Notes: generated by a model not told the origin, from the sequence alone. A stretch of 64,000 nt of DNA from Patellaria atrata CBS 101060 (GCA_010093705.1 MU006094.1:533550-597549), one strand, 5' to 3'; positions 50,155 to 63,090 are shown, counted from the stretch's first letter. A program made the numbers and translations.

Positions 50155-51320
50155 ATGAATTCCACTCATAAAGAAGATGACAAAGCAATTGAGGGGCGTA
50201 AAGATGGCAGTGGAGTTCGATCTTCCAACCATCACCACAAAGAGGTAGGCTCCGATGAAAATGATTCAGGGCATTATCTGATTCGTAGGCAGAAACACAT
50301 GCCTGAGGAACCTAAATTCACGTTGAACCCGAAGAAGTACATCGCGGAGAGGGTGGCATATGAAAACAACAAGCAAGCATACGAACGGTTTCAACGGCAC
50401 TTGAGGAAGAAGGAGAAGCGGGAAAAGGAACGGAAGCAGGAAGGGTTCGATGAAGATACTCATGTTAGTAACTCCCCTTTATTATTAAGCACTGCTGGTT
50501 CCTCACGCGCTCCTGAATATGAGAATAGCAGGGCATCCGCGCTACAGTATTTGTCCAATGAGATCAATGAACCTATCAATGTTAACACATGGAAGTCCTC
50601 AAACCCGCCTTCTCCGGGTCATCAAAGTCGTAGGGATTCTAGCGCCAGCGAAGAAACTCCTCCCATTTTCATGAAGTGGCGCGGTGGGATCTCCTCACTC
50701 GAGGAACGTGAGGCTAGTCCGCCACCTCAACACCAGTCAAGAACCAGCCACGTTGTCGAAACATACCGTAAGTTAACCGGCACCCAAACCTCCGATTCCA
50801 GCACTGATAACTCAGAACCAGGAAACTATGACGGTGACGACGGTACCTATTCCCCCCCCCTATCTACTACCCCCTTAGCTCCTTGTCAAATACACTGACA
50901 CCTGGAGACCACAGCAGTACTGAAGCAATCGTAGGCCCCGTTCACGGCCCGCGTTATGGACGCCGCACTACTCGTCCGCTGTCGCGTGTGAGCGAGGAGT
51001 CTGGGACACCTCCCCAGGACCACGGGAGAGAAGAGCCTACAGAGCCTCATAGGATCCGAGAGCGTGAAATCCCCCGTTCTGCTTCCATTGATGCGACTAC
51101 ATCTCGCGGCCACCCGCAGACTCGTAAGACCGGCCACAGCACCGCGACCGACTACCAGACCCAGCGCTCCGATCACAGCGACGACAGCAGGAGTACCGTT
51201 GGCACTGCGACTGTGATGGCGGACGAGGACCGTAGACGTCGCGAGCGCCGGGGTGGTGAGAAACATAGGGTCACGGAGGAGGAGAGGCGAGCGTTTTATA
51301 GGTCGAGTGACTTCTTCTGA
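50155..51320 (+). CDS. Hypothetical charged/disordered protein; start and the junction near 50843-50907 uncertain
   Basis: Overlapping ORFs 49897..50898 and 50883..51320 have similar composition. A GTACCT...CTGAC...GAG intron would join them in frame. Confidence 0.5.
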
Positions 51321-52178
51321 TTTGGGTGACGTGAGCTTACCGGTGACAGGTTGGGCCGGCCGTAAGACACGAAATTGATGACGGTGTCTTTATGCTGAGA
51401 TGGGAGGGATGGGGGATGAGTATGTACAGGGAGAGGCAGAAGGTATGATGTATGGCTGTGATAGATAGTACGATAGATCATTATTTGATAAGGAGTTTGA
51501 GGTGTCTTTTTGTAGAGCTGAGGGGGCCTGAGGTTGTAAAAGGGTAAAATAACATCAGGATCGGGGGGTATTTATCTTTAGCTGACTGTACTATACTGTA
51601 CTGTACAGAAGTAAACCCACGACTCAAAATATCAAAAACCAACGAAACCAGGACCAAGTCTCAACAATACTCGACCCGTGCAGCATCTTATACCAGATAC
51701 CACGTTAGGCCAGCTGAGCCGTACCCAATGTCTGAATAGAAAATACGCCTGAACGTGACGGATAGGGTATTATTTTTTGTAGATCACGTTCACCTGGACC
51801 TGTCTAAATGAGATAAGAATGTATCGGACTCGCTATATTAGGTCTTTGTACCAACTGTACTGAGGACGTCACCATGCTCTGAGGGCCCATACAGGTTTTA
51901 GTCGACTTGGGTTGTACGGTACACCGTCACTGGCCTACAACACCGCTTAAGCAAAACCTCGATAAGATGGAATTTGAATCAATAGTAGTAAAATTCCCGT
52001 CCAGCACTATACACTTTTGATTTCCAGAGGCCCAGTTCGACTACGCGAGGTAGTCCAGCGGCCCTCGACCCAGATTGTCCTCAAGCCTCCAGAAAAACCC
52101 AAACCGAAAACCTGTATCCCCAAAAGCCAAAGCTGTGCTATCTACAGTCCACCCAATCAGTAGTCTCCCCTTTTACCC

Positions 52179-54773
52179 CTATTCCTCCTGCTCCTGGCCC
52201 TCTTCCTCCTGACCCTCCTGCTCCTGTTCCTGCTCCTCCTCCATAAACTCCGCCATAATATTCCTCTCCAACAAACTCCCCTTCTCCAAAAACTCCACAT
52301 CAGCCCTCAACCCAGCTGCAGGCATCTTCAAATCCCCCTTCTTAAAACCCTGCAACATCTGCTGCAAGCTGCCCTCACACCTATCCACCAGGAGCTCTGC
52401 GCAACCCTGACAGAGCTCCATCCCGCACCCCTCAGCCTCGGGATCGCCCTCCTCGAACTCGTTTCCAAATGTGTCGTACTTCTGAAACCTGACGCATTCA
52501 TACAGCGCCGGGAAGCAGCAGACGACGCACCAGCGGTCCGTCTTCGCCGCTCGGTCGCACATGCCGTAAAACCGCTTCTCCTGGGGGATATCCGTGAGAC
52601 TTTCGTCCTCGATCGCTTGCACGTCGTGGCCTTCGCAGTTCGTGATCCTGAACCGCGAGAGTCCGCACCCGGTGCACATGCGCGCTTGCTCCGCGCCGCA
52701 GTAGGGTGAGAGGAGGTACTCTGTGTATCCGAGACCGTCGTCCCACTCGATAACGTCGGACTCTTCTGCTGGGCCGAGGCCGAAGACGCCGTAGGTCGGG
52801 GACTCGCAGAAGTGGCATGGGAGGCGGCCTTGGTAATTGAATAGGATCGGATGACGGAAGGCCGTTCGGATCGTGGTGGCGTAACCGCCGTGACCGTCGG
52901 AGTCAGTGACGTACTGGCGCTGGGGGAGGGTTTTGGGTCTGATTTTCAAGGCGCGGAGGCGCGCAATCTTGACGAGGATATCTTCATCGTCAGAGTCTGG
53001 GGGCGCTGTGCCGTGCGCATGGTGGCTGTTGTGCTCATCTTTTCTGATCTTTTCGTTGTCTGTGCTGTAAGCGCCATAGAACTCTTGTCCATAGTCTCTG
53101 ATGATTTGGGAAACTTGCGCTTTCACGTCCTCATCGTCGTCTTCACCGTCCGATGGAGCGGGGGGTTCGGTAGCGCAAATTGATATTTTCCTTTTACCTT
53201 TCTTTGCCTTTTTGGTACGAGGCAACTTTTCAAAAGTACACAAAATCCCACCTTCCTTGCAACCCTTACACGGAGGGCAGTCAGTAATCTTTTTAAGACT
53301 GCAGATCTTCTTCTCAGCCCGACAAGCAGTACATTTGATAAATAGGCGTGTCTCGGGGTTGACAATTTGGTCGATTCGAGTGTACGTGAGTTGGTGACGG
53401 ACTGTCCCTGATGCCGGGCCGGCCACACACTTGAACCCTCTTTCTGCGCAATGCTCGCAGGGTTCGTTGTGATCCGTATTCTCCTCAAGATAAGAGCAAT
53501 CTATCCTTCTCTTTGAGCACAATGTGCAACTACCCTTCTTCTCTGGTTGGTAGAAAAGCTCACACTCGACATCAGCCTCAATACAATCTCCACAAGGCCA
53601 TATTGTCGACTTATGGATGAGAGCACATTCGAAGCCAGCTATACGGCATTGAACGCAGCCTCGCGCAATCGGGTGGTTATTCAAATCAGGTTCAACACCC
53701 AGAGGGTCAGGGATTCGAGATTCTTCTTGACCTTTTGGAACATCGCCCTCTACGATACGGAGACGCCGCATCGATCGCAACTTAGGTATATTGGTTGACG
53801 AGCCCTCGCCGCCATGGTCTGAAGCGGGCTGACTCTCGTCGAAATAGTTGTAATCCTCCTCCGGCCAATTGTCAGGAAGAGTTGCAAGGAGGGCACGACC
53901 TTCGTCAGACGGAAGAGACAAGGTGACAATGAAAGATTCACCACTTCTCCTAGCATGCTGCAATGTGAATACTTTAGGCCGCTTTAGACTACGGTTGGAC
54001 TCTTTTGTCATTGCATGGTCGACTTGTTCCAGTATGGCGCGTTTTTTGGGCTTCACGGGAACGGGAGGGATGCGCTTGCTTTCCAGTGATGGATCATAAT
54101 CGCCACTATTATCGGCATCCAACCAGGTCGTTTGATGAGCCATGCCTTGTCTCGCCTCAGTCCTGAATTCATAATGTGCTTTTGGGTAAGATTCCGGCAT
54201 CTCAGAGGGCTCAAAAGTCGAACAACGGCGTTGCGTAGGAGACTCTGGAACTTCAGATGGCCCAAATGTTGACTCACGGCGTTGTGTAAAGGGAGACTCT
54301 CGGAAGGAATGTTCTCTAGAACGAGAATCGCCTAGAGGTAAGGCGGTATCGTCCTCCATAGAGACATCATTTGTCGGATCAGAAATGGAGGTATCATTAT
54401 TCGGGTCGGAAGTGGAGATATCATTCGTCGACTCTAAGATGGGGACAACTTCCATCAGTTCGGAGGAGGGGACAATATCAATCTGCTTTGAAACAGAAAC
54501 ATCATCACTCGAGCCGAAGATGGAGATACGATTGGTTGTGCCAGAAATAGCCAGAATGCTTGTTGATCTTTCTAGTGCATCAAGCTGATTTGCAGGCCCA
54601 GTCTCGGGTAGCTTAGAGCCCGTTGCAATCGCATCAAGTTGGTTTGCAGGCCCAGTTTCAGGTATCTCTTCCAGAGATTCGACATCATTTTGAAAGATCG
54701 TAGGAGCCTCCGGTGTGCGCAGGATAAGTGTGGGTGCTTCACCGCCGCCAAAGATAGAGTCACCATGATCCAT
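52179..54773 (-). CDS. Protein with three tandem Zn(II)2Cys6-like clusters and a Cys-rich C-terminal domain
   Basis: Intronless 864 aa with CVQC-x6-C..PCGDC-x6-C, CTLC-x6-C..PCEHC-x6-C and CTAC-x6-C..PCKGC-x6-C, followed by a basic KKAKKGKRK stretch. Confidence 0.8.
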   Translation of the reverse strand: MDHGDSIFGGGEAPTLILRTPEAPTIFQNDVESLEEIPETGPANQLDAIATGSKLPETGPANQLDALERSTSILAISGTTNRISIFGSSDDVSVSKQIDIVPSSELMEVVPILESTNDISTSDPNNDTSISDPTNDVSMEDDTALPLGDSRSREHSFRESPFTQRRESTFGPSEVPESPTQRRCSTFEPSEMPESYPKAHYEFRTEARQGMAHQTTWLDADNSGDYDPSLESKRIPPVPVKPKKRAILEQVDHAMTKESNRSLKRPKVFTLQHARRSGESFIVTLSLPSDEGRALLATLPDNWPEEDYNYFDESQPASDHGGEGSSTNIPKLRSMRRLRIVEGDVPKGQEESRIPDPLGVEPDLNNHPIARGCVQCRIAGFECALIHKSTIWPCGDCIEADVECELFYQPEKKGSCTLCSKRRIDCSYLEENTDHNEPCEHCAERGFKCVAGPASGTVRHQLTYTRIDQIVNPETRLFIKCTACRAEKKICSLKKITDCPPCKGCKEGGILCTFEKLPRTKKAKKGKRKISICATEPPAPSDGEDDDEDVKAQVSQIIRDYGQEFYGAYSTDNEKIRKDEHNSHHAHGTAPPDSDDEDILVKIARLRALKIRPKTLPQRQYVTDSDGHGGYATTIRTAFRHPILFNYQGRLPCHFCESPTYGVFGLGPAEESDVIEWDDGLGYTEYLLSPYCGAEQARMCTGCGLSRFRITNCEGHDVQAIEDESLTDIPQEKRFYGMCDRAAKTDRWCVVCCFPALYECVRFQKYDTFGNEFEEGDPEAEGCGMELCQGCAELLVDRCEGSLQQMLQGFKKGDLKMPAAGLRADVEFLEKGSLLERNIMAEFMEEEQEQEQEGQEEEGQEQEE
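54577..54664 (-). repeat. Intragenic direct repeat (54-bp period) encoding PETGPANQLDA twice
   Basis: gcatcaagctgatttgcaggcccagtctcgggta versus gcatcaagttggtttgcaggcccagtttcaggta. Confidence 0.85.
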
Positions 54774-57558
54774 TAGTGTATCTACTATAGGTTAGATCCA
54801 AGAGTGAGAGTATTCAGTCATGGGAAGGTATAATAGAATTGTTATTTAAGCATGTGACTGGATTTGCAAGTATGTTAAACGGCAGAGGAACGACGAGAAA
54901 TAAGATAATGTATTGTAGACGCAGGAGTGCAGGAGAGCTAAGAGATAAATGGGACGAACTGTTTGGGAGCGTCCTACGCAACTATGAAAGAGTAAACGCA
55001 TATGTATATAAGACTAACGCGACACAACGGTAATAGCTCTCAAAAGTATATTCAACTAGTAGATGGGAATGTGCTCTACCTAATTTGCATGAAGGAGACG
55101 ATACGTGGAACTAATCTTTGAGTTTTAAAGAGAGAATCTACTAAAGATTGCAGTGCTGTGTGCAGAGCAAGAGGATGTAAAATCTTGAAGAGAAATTGAA
55201 GAGAATGAACAGAAGCATGGCGGTGACATGAGCATATGGAGTAGGAGGTTGAGCGTTTGAGGTCACACACTATCGCTGTAAATCTATGTGCCAATGTCGT
55301 TTGCGTTTGTTTAGTGACCACACTCAAACAAGTCCTGGCGGGAGCGTGGAATCCGACAATTTTAACACTCTGACAGCCAAGCATCCCTGCTGATGAGAAG
55401 ATATTAGAAATTCTCATAACGGTCAATAGCTACTAACAAAACGGAAGGATATAGCAATTCCTAAAGTGAAAGCGGAATTTAGCAGCAATTACACTCGCTC
55501 ATTGACCGAGGGCAGACTTCTCATGAAAATGGGTTTAATTCCAAAAGATTATCTTTGTACTTCAAGGAGTATTCATGAAGATACAGATGAATGAATAGTG
55601 AGTAACATGATTTTGTACCGGCGTCCAGTCGAAAGTGAGTACTCCCCAACTTTTGAAATCTTTCCGGACCAAGCTATAGATCCTGTGAGCTGACTATTTC
55701 TCCAGAGGCGCATATTATGTGAAGTTGACGGTGTGAATATCCAATTGTTGTTGCTAGAGAGATCTCTTTCTTTCTTAGTTTCCTCTGCACGATATTAGTT
55801 TATATTCTAGTATGGACATATTTCAGCTAAAGTTCTGCGAGAGCAAATTCCCCCATAACAGCCCTTTTGAGGAAGTGCATGACGGTGTGTTGCCATCAAT
55901 GGCAGAAGGACGGTGGCAGTACTATGTAAAAGTTTGTGTAAGTATAGGTTGCTCCTAGATGCCGCGCGGTTGGTAGACGGAGCTGATACTGTCTCCTCTC
56001 TTCCTGGGTCAGGTTTCCTCAGGTACTATGTGCTTGCTTATTCCCTGATGCCGTACGTTATTATTAGTTTGACGAGTTACGATCCATGGCTTGTCTATAC
56101 AGCTAAACTCGAGCTCTTAATTAAACACAAAGCGTACAGTGTGTCATATCTCCTTAACAGGAGAGGAATTCCAAGCTCAGACTCTTCGCTCATTGAGATC
56201 TGAGGATCTACTAATTATTTGCCTTCAACAGTTGGAAAAGGGGTAGATCTGCAGTACGTTTGGTATAAGCTCAGCGGATATTGAAGAGGATAAATGAATT
56301 TTTCTGAAAGAAGGAAAGGCAATCTGGGAAACCAGTAGCTCACAGATAGGCTTATTGACGGCTTTGATAAAAGCTCCAAGCTAGAGACCTTCTATAAGTC
56401 ATAAAGTTCGTATGCCCTCTCCTATCACGGTTGGTGTTTTAATTATAGTGGTAAGGTTGCTTTACGTACATTGGGGCACTCACGAAGTCCATCTCTTCCC
56501 AGTCATTAAGCCGTTTGTGTTCATACAGCGAGGAACCAGCTTAAAGCGCTTCTTATTGATAAGCTTGGAAAAATCGAACAAGTTTCTGAGAGAAGTTGAA
56601 TAAACGAGGATTGTAATTAAATATCTGAGAATTAAGAGATACCATTATTGCAGAGTATTCACCTGAACAACGGATCTTGAAAGAGCAGAGGGAAGAAATT
56701 TAGGATAACCAGTAGATGGAGAAATGTAGGAGTCAGAATGAGAAGAAGGTTAAACTAGTTCTACAACAACTGGCACTAAAACGCTACAAACAACAGAATC
56801 ATGTCCCACAAAAGAACCTACGCAGACTAATCATTCCCAAAAAAAAAAACAGATTGAGAGATGAATGGAGAGAATGAGATGCAAGAACCGAACCTGAGGG
56901 GAAGTCGAACACGCAAACTAGGCTGAGTAAGCAACGACCCGACGCCGACGTCACATCTCTATGCCCCCATTACCCCTGACACAAATTATATTGAAGAGAG
57001 TGTAAAACCTGGAGCCTGCTCTTAGTAATGCGGAGGAGTATAGGGATACCATCCGTTCCGTTCTCCGGATACTTGTAGCTTGCTGAACAGTACCATTATC
57101 CCATAAGGGTGCATAAATTCTGGCGATACATCAAGTTGCAGCAGTACAAATGGGTCGCGATTGAAAAAATGCAGTAGACCGTACATTTTGTATAAAGCTA
57201 GTGGTCGTGGCGATTTATGATTTCGCTGGCGAGTATACAGTAAGCGTACGGAGCGAGAAATATCAACATAAGATATTTTCCAATATTACTACCAATACTA
57301 CCATTATATAGATCATCGAAGACCCATCAAGTATCTATATCATCGTCTCTCTAAAACGTTTCAAAATATATATAGGGTATTGCCAGCACAAAACCGCCCA
57401 CCCGCCAACCTAAAAACACCTTTCCCATACCATATCATACCATATATAGTACTTATCCCTCATAACCCATAACCATAACCCATAACCCATTAAACAACGA
57501 TATCAATATAAACAAGCGAATCGAATCCCACCACACCTCATCCTCCCCAACTGCCCTC

Positions 57559-58879
57559 CTACACCATCACTACCAACGCACACATAGCAACCACAACCCC
57601 CACCACAACCGATACACCATTCCTCCCCGCCGCGCCCTCTCCTTCGGCAGTAGGCGCAGGCGGGACCCCCGTCGGCTCTCCCGAGCTCGTCGCCTGACGC
57701 GTCAAAGTCTCCTCACTCGTCGAAGTCAGCGTCGTGATCGTCCCAACAGTCTCAGTAGCACTCTGCTCGACCGTCGTCGTAACAACTGTCAACAGCGTTG
57801 ACGGCGCCTCCTCAAGCGACGAGCTCGCCGCCGCGAGTGAAGAGGAAGCCGCAGCCAACGACGAGGAAGCCGCTGCTAAAGAGGACGAGGCACCGGCTTC
57901 GATGCTGGAGCCGATGGCCGCGATAGTGGATGTTGCGCCGGCAAGATCTGAGGACGCGGACGCGGACGCGGACGCGAGAGCGGAGGAAATGGCGCCGGCG
58001 ATGCTGGAGGCTTCGCTTGCGAGCCCGGAAGAAACGGAGGCGATGTAGCTTGATGCGCCGGCTTCGATGGATGTGGAAGCGGCTACGGCGGACGAGGTGA
58101 GTGCGCCATTGATGGTTGATGCTTCACTCGCTAACACCGAGGAGACGGAAGCGAAGTGTGAAGAGGCGCCTCCTGCTGCACTTGAGGCTACACCGCCGAT
58201 AGATGAGGTGATAACTTCATAGCTGGATAACGGCACGCTGACAGAAGGGTAAGTGGGTACAGGGATTGGTACGACGGCTGTCAGTGTGGTCTCGGTATCA
58301 TAAGTTGGAATAGGAACCGGGATAACGGCTGTTACTGTTTCGGGTGGAGGATACGAGGGATATGTGGTTGGTACGGGTGGCAATACCGGTGGAGTAGTTT
58401 CAAGGCCGGGAAAATAAGTGTTGTATGTAGGAGCAACTTCTTGGCCTGTACTGAGAGCTGGGACAAGGACGGAGATGGCATTATATGTTGAGACTCCAGG
58501 GGGCCAATAGACGGGTTGCGACACGCTTGGTGCTGAGACAGAAACGACTACTGGGACGGGTATATATGTGAGGACATAATCGGACGGTGCGAGAGAAATA
58601 TATGGAGCAGGGCTGGAGTCATATATCGATGGCTGCTCTGATACAACGGCCGGATATGCTGAAATAACTTCTTGCGAAGTTGAAATGGTAACTGTTTTGG
58701 TACAAGGAGTTGTCGATGGCGAGCACGATGATGTCAAAGTGGTATTGTATCCTACGTAAGGTTAGTGTTATCACCTGAAGTTGAGATGTATTAGAAAATA
58801 GAAGCATACCATGTGCAATCGCCAAAAGAGGCAATGTTGCTACAGCCAATCGTAGCGAGGTAAACCTGGGCTTAGACAT
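57559..58879 (-). CDS. Ser/Thr/Ala-rich predicted GPI-anchored cell-surface protein, intron 58809-58752
   Basis: Signal peptide MSKPRFTSLRLAVATLPLLAIAHG spliced in frame to the 392-aa ORF. AAASSSL repeats, and a C-terminal 'EGEGAAGRNG' followed by a hydrophobic tail. Confidence 0.85.
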
Positions 58880-60167
58880 GATGCAATTATATCCCGGAAC
58901 TTCAATGTATTCTACAATTCCAATGGCAAAGAATGATGGAATGCGATATACAATTAAAATAAAGGATGAAGCGAAATATGGAATGCATCCTTCTCCTTTA
59001 TCATCTGCGGTCTCGAAAAATTGGTGTGGCCAGTGGTGGCAGGGCTCCCAGCCTCAACCCGAGTTACCCATCAACCAGGAATATCCACAATCTTTTCCCT
59101 GTTTCTTGACGAATCAAATCCAAGATTAGCTTTCCTATAGAGTTATCATTGGCTATAATTCGTTGAGAAACATGTTTCGTTTCTTAAGGATATAGATCGT
59201 TGGAAAACCGTTACACTTTGCATTTGGTGGTCGGGTGCTGGTGGCGGGCAATTGTTAGCGATCCCTTGGCGGGAAATACTCTCCAGCAAGATTCAACCCA
59301 ACATTACGTATTGCAATTGTGCATAGTAACATCAATGATTTCGATGCGAAAATGCTTCTCTGAGTATTCGGAGTTATAGGTCTTGCTATGTGCATATTTT
59401 CATATTATCGCAAGATCCAATGCCTTGGAGCAGGTTCCAGAATAGGTAACATTGAGCTTACCCCGGAAGCATCTTCAGGCATGGTAAACAGGAGCAACCT
59501 ACTTCGTATTCTGTATTCCGCATGCTCGATTTATTATATGTAGATGTTGGTATGCTAATCGACTATGCCAATGCCCAGAAATATTAATCCTCAAACTCTC
59601 GTCGCGTCGGTAACCGACGGCTGGATGTTCTTGAGCTCGAGTCCTACTATACTAGCACATTCATATAGTTCGACGACTCGTAGGTACTATGAGGTCACTA
59701 ACGATGCTCGCGAACGCTGGCTCATACATACATGCGCCAATATATTAAAACCAAGGAATTCAAGACCATTGGGCATTGACTCAGCAAGATTATCATATGG
59801 CTTGATCATGAACTATCAAATTAGCCACGATGACCGCGAAGGTGTCGTGCGTAACAGCAATCCGACATGTATGCAGCGCTGATGCCAGCAACTTGTGCAA
59901 TATCTTGGGACGTCCCTGATAGAACATGTTAGGATATTCGAACAAATGTGTGTATTAAATAAAAAAAAGGAGAGTATAGCTTAAATCAGACAGCAGTTGA
60001 ATGCAATTATTAATCCACATTGTGTTTCGGAACAGGTCTGTGTGAAATTTCTGTATCATCATGTAAAGGGAACATAGAGCAAGAAAATTTTAACTTACTA
60101 CTTAAGGGGCTGGTGTCATACGGCAGCGTACAATCGTCCCACTAGGCTGGTATGTAACACTATTAAA

Positions 60168-61247
60168 TCACAATTTCTTCCGCTTGAAGAAAGACTCGAG
60201 CGATTTTTGAGACCCATCATGCTTCGAGCTACCGACACCGCCACCGGTGCGTTTAAGACCTTTCACATGTTCTCTTCCGTTGATCACCTTGATCGTTGTA
60301 GTCCATCCATGAAGTAGTCGGGGGGCGGTTGTAGTAGTCGGTGACTCTGTACTGGAAGGGATGGATTTCGATGGATTAGGCGACGAGACCCGATTGCGCC
60401 CCTCATTTGAAGTAATAACATCATCAACAATAGCCTCTTCCAAGGCTTTAGCAACTTCATCTGGAACAGAATTCGCAGGACCTTCAACGGTATCATCAGG
60501 AGGAGACCTCTCGACAGCTCTGGTCTTATTCATTTCCAATTCCAGGAAACCCGTATTTGACCATCCACCAAGGTGTTCTAGAATGATCATTCTTTGATTT
60601 GCCAGTAACTCCGGAGTAAGACGCACGCTGTGTGGGGGAAGTCGAAGGAGCAGGCGACGCCAAAGGTGGGTTAACATGATACCATGAGAAACAACTGCAA
60701 TGATGAGGTCGTTCTCCGGATTAGAATATTCTAATAACGGAGTAAGATGTTCATCGAGAAACCCATCTGCACGCTTGGCCAGCGATTCCTTCGATTCCAT
60801 GTCCACGAAGTCAGGATTGTTCTGTTTCTCCTCCTGAAAAATCTCTTTGCTAGATTTTTCTGACTTCTTCGGCTTATCATGCCAAGTCTTGCCTTCGTAC
60901 CATCCAAAGTCTTGTTCCATCAGTATAGGAAGCTGTTGCACTTGAATGGCGTTAGCAGAGTCGGTATCGCCATCCTCAGAGGCCTGAGCCGAGCGAATGT
61001 ATTCGGCAGTCTTGTACGCTCGCTGTAGATGGGAAGAGAATAAGTGTGTAAACCGAACACCGGTGGTATTGAAGTATCGACCTAGTCGCTGTGCTTGCTG
61101 AACACCATGGTTGGTGAGTTCTGAGTCTCTGCTCCCAGCACTGGCGAGAGTCAATGAGACACTTCAACAGTTACGAGACGTAACGCCATACTATACTTGA
61201 GCGATGTTATCAACGGTCTCGCCGTGACGGATGAGAAATAGCCTCAT
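60168..61247 (-). CDS. Histidine phosphatase / phosphoglycerate mutase-like protein (TIGAR-like), intron 61191-61141
   Basis: MRLFLIRHGET catalytic RHG, SSHLQRA, EQDFG, VVSHG and NTG. Confidence 0.9.
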
Positions 61248-61552
61248 CCTCTGATATTCAACCGCCGCAATCAGTTGTGAGCATCGTAGAGAAATTGGGT
61301 GGTGGGCATGAGGGAGGTCCTGAAGCGAAAGATGATTTTGCGCGTAGGATCGCACCACGTGATACACTCTCAAAAAAGCGTCAAATTAATATTCTTTTCT
61401 AACTTTGTAACTAACTCAATAAGAACATATCGTTTCTTTCTACTGTATATGGTCGATGCATTCTTCATGCTATCATAAATGTTTAAAAGTTCGTTTTTTA
61501 TAACTAGTTATACTGGTTCGTGTCTATGAAACCGCAACATTCTCTTCTCATC

Positions 61553-62862
61553 TCACGACGCTCCACTAACTTTTACCAATATCTTAACCTGATTGTCTTT
61601 ATCCTTAATCAGCGCCTCAAACCCCTCCAGTACAACCTCGTCCAACTCGATCTTCTTCGTAATCATATCATCCGGCACAATCGTCCCCTTCGAAATAGCA
61701 TCAATGACATCCTGAAAGTCTCCCTTCACATACGTAGCAACTCCCATCCACTTCCTCTCCTTAAACACCAGATCATTAGGCACAATCGTACACTCCTTCT
61801 CCCAAATAGCGATATTGACAATCGTGCCTCTCGCTCGGACCGAATGTACCGCTTGATTGAGCCCAGCTTGCACACCAGCGCAGTCGTATGCGACGTGAAC
61901 CCCTTGGCCCTCACAGAGCCCACGACATCTGGCCACGATGTCTTCTTTCGTGGGATCGAGAACGTAGTGGGCGCCGAATTGCTCTGCGAACTCCTTCCGC
62001 CGGGGGGAGACTTCGGATACGATGATCTTTTCCGCCCCCTTGGCTTTGAGTGTTTGGATGACGGAAAGGCCGATGGGACCACCTCCAAGGATCAAGACCG
62101 CATCTCCGGCTTTGAAAGGGGATATCTTTACAGCATGCCATGCCACGGCTAGAGGCTCAACCAGTGCCCCTATTTCCAGAGAGACGTTGTCCGGAAGATG
62201 GTAGAGACACGATTCTGGCACTACTACGTGCTCGGAGAGGCCTCCTCCCCAACCTGCACACAGCGTCAGTTAAGCTCATATTACTCCATGATGATCGATA
62301 GAGATGCGTACCGCTTAGCCCAACAAACCCGTTGCTATAGCAGCAATTGATCAAGCCTTCTTTACATGCACCACAAGTCCCATCATAGATGATAGGTTGA
62401 AGTACTACTCGATCTCCTACCTTGAAATCATTGACACCTTCTCCTACTTCTTCTACCACACCACTGAACTCGTGCCCGAATGTGAGAGGCACAGTTTCAC
62501 CGGTAAGGGGGTGTGGAGTTGTTGGACAGAGACTAGGCCCACCAAGGTACTCATGGAGATCTATATATCATTAACTTTGCTTGCCGATGTTCGCGTGGTA
62601 GCTCTTGGTTCTAAAGAGTTCCTAAAACAGGGGATATTTCCAAACAATTGCATACCGCTACCACATATCCCTACCCACGCTGGTTTCATCTGCAAGCACA
62701 CTCCTCATCAGTACGGATTGTGCATCATATCGTACACCAAACTGAAGAACTCACTTTGACCTGACCCTTTCCCAGCTGGGGTACCGGGATATCCTCAAGT
62801 CTAAGGTCTTCCTTCCCATGGAACCTAACCGCCTTCATCGTCCCATTTTCTGCTGAAGCCAT
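61553..62862 (-). CDS. (R,R)-butanediol dehydrogenase-like zinc MDR dehydrogenase, multi-exon
   Basis: MKAVRFHGKEDLRLED, GICG.., LHEYLGGP, GHEFSG, CGACKEGLINCC, ALVEPLAVAWHAV, GGGPIG and KILV. Confidence 0.88.
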
Positions 62863-63025
62863 AGTTGAATTTTAAGTCAAAATCTAATTCAAGAATAAGT
62901 GTTCTCAATAGTCAGTTAACGACGGTCCAAAGACACACGTACACCAAATATAGGCAAGACTATTGATCACTTGCCCCCACTCTCGACACCACGTCAGACT
63001 ATAACTATAATGACGGGATACCCAA

Positions 63026-63090
63026 TGCGGTACTACTCCAGGGAAGCTTGGCCCCGCATCTCCCCTATGCGGGGTGTCAAACTGGCGGGG
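63026..63090. promoter_or_regulatory. Cluster of CreA-type (SYGGRG) and AlcR-type (WGCGG) sites upstream of the butanediol dehydrogenase
   Basis: TGCGG at 63026, CTCCAG at 63036, inverted repeat CCCCGCAT-7nt-ATGCGGGG at 63052-63074, GCGGGG at 63085. Confidence 0.4.

Noticed and set aside
54840..57450. Possible degraded transposon in a long AT-rich intergenic stretch
   Set aside because: I could not recognise transposase or RT motifs, terminal repeats or target-site duplications by eye. A repeat-library search would be needed.
57461..57490. Telomere-like TAACCC copies (also 30092-30102)
   Set aside because: A short CATAACC(C) microsatellite in a 3' region and two copies inside ADH coding sequence; not a (TTAGGG)n tract.
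61500..61555. Cryptic PTS1 by stop readthrough in the dehydrogenases and the phosphatase
   Set aside because: Stop contexts are not TGA-CTA, and I saw no SKL-like ending in the readthrough extensions I translated.
61520..62152. 210-aa plus-strand ORF
   Set aside because: Antisense to the butanediol dehydrogenase exon; no recognisable motifs.
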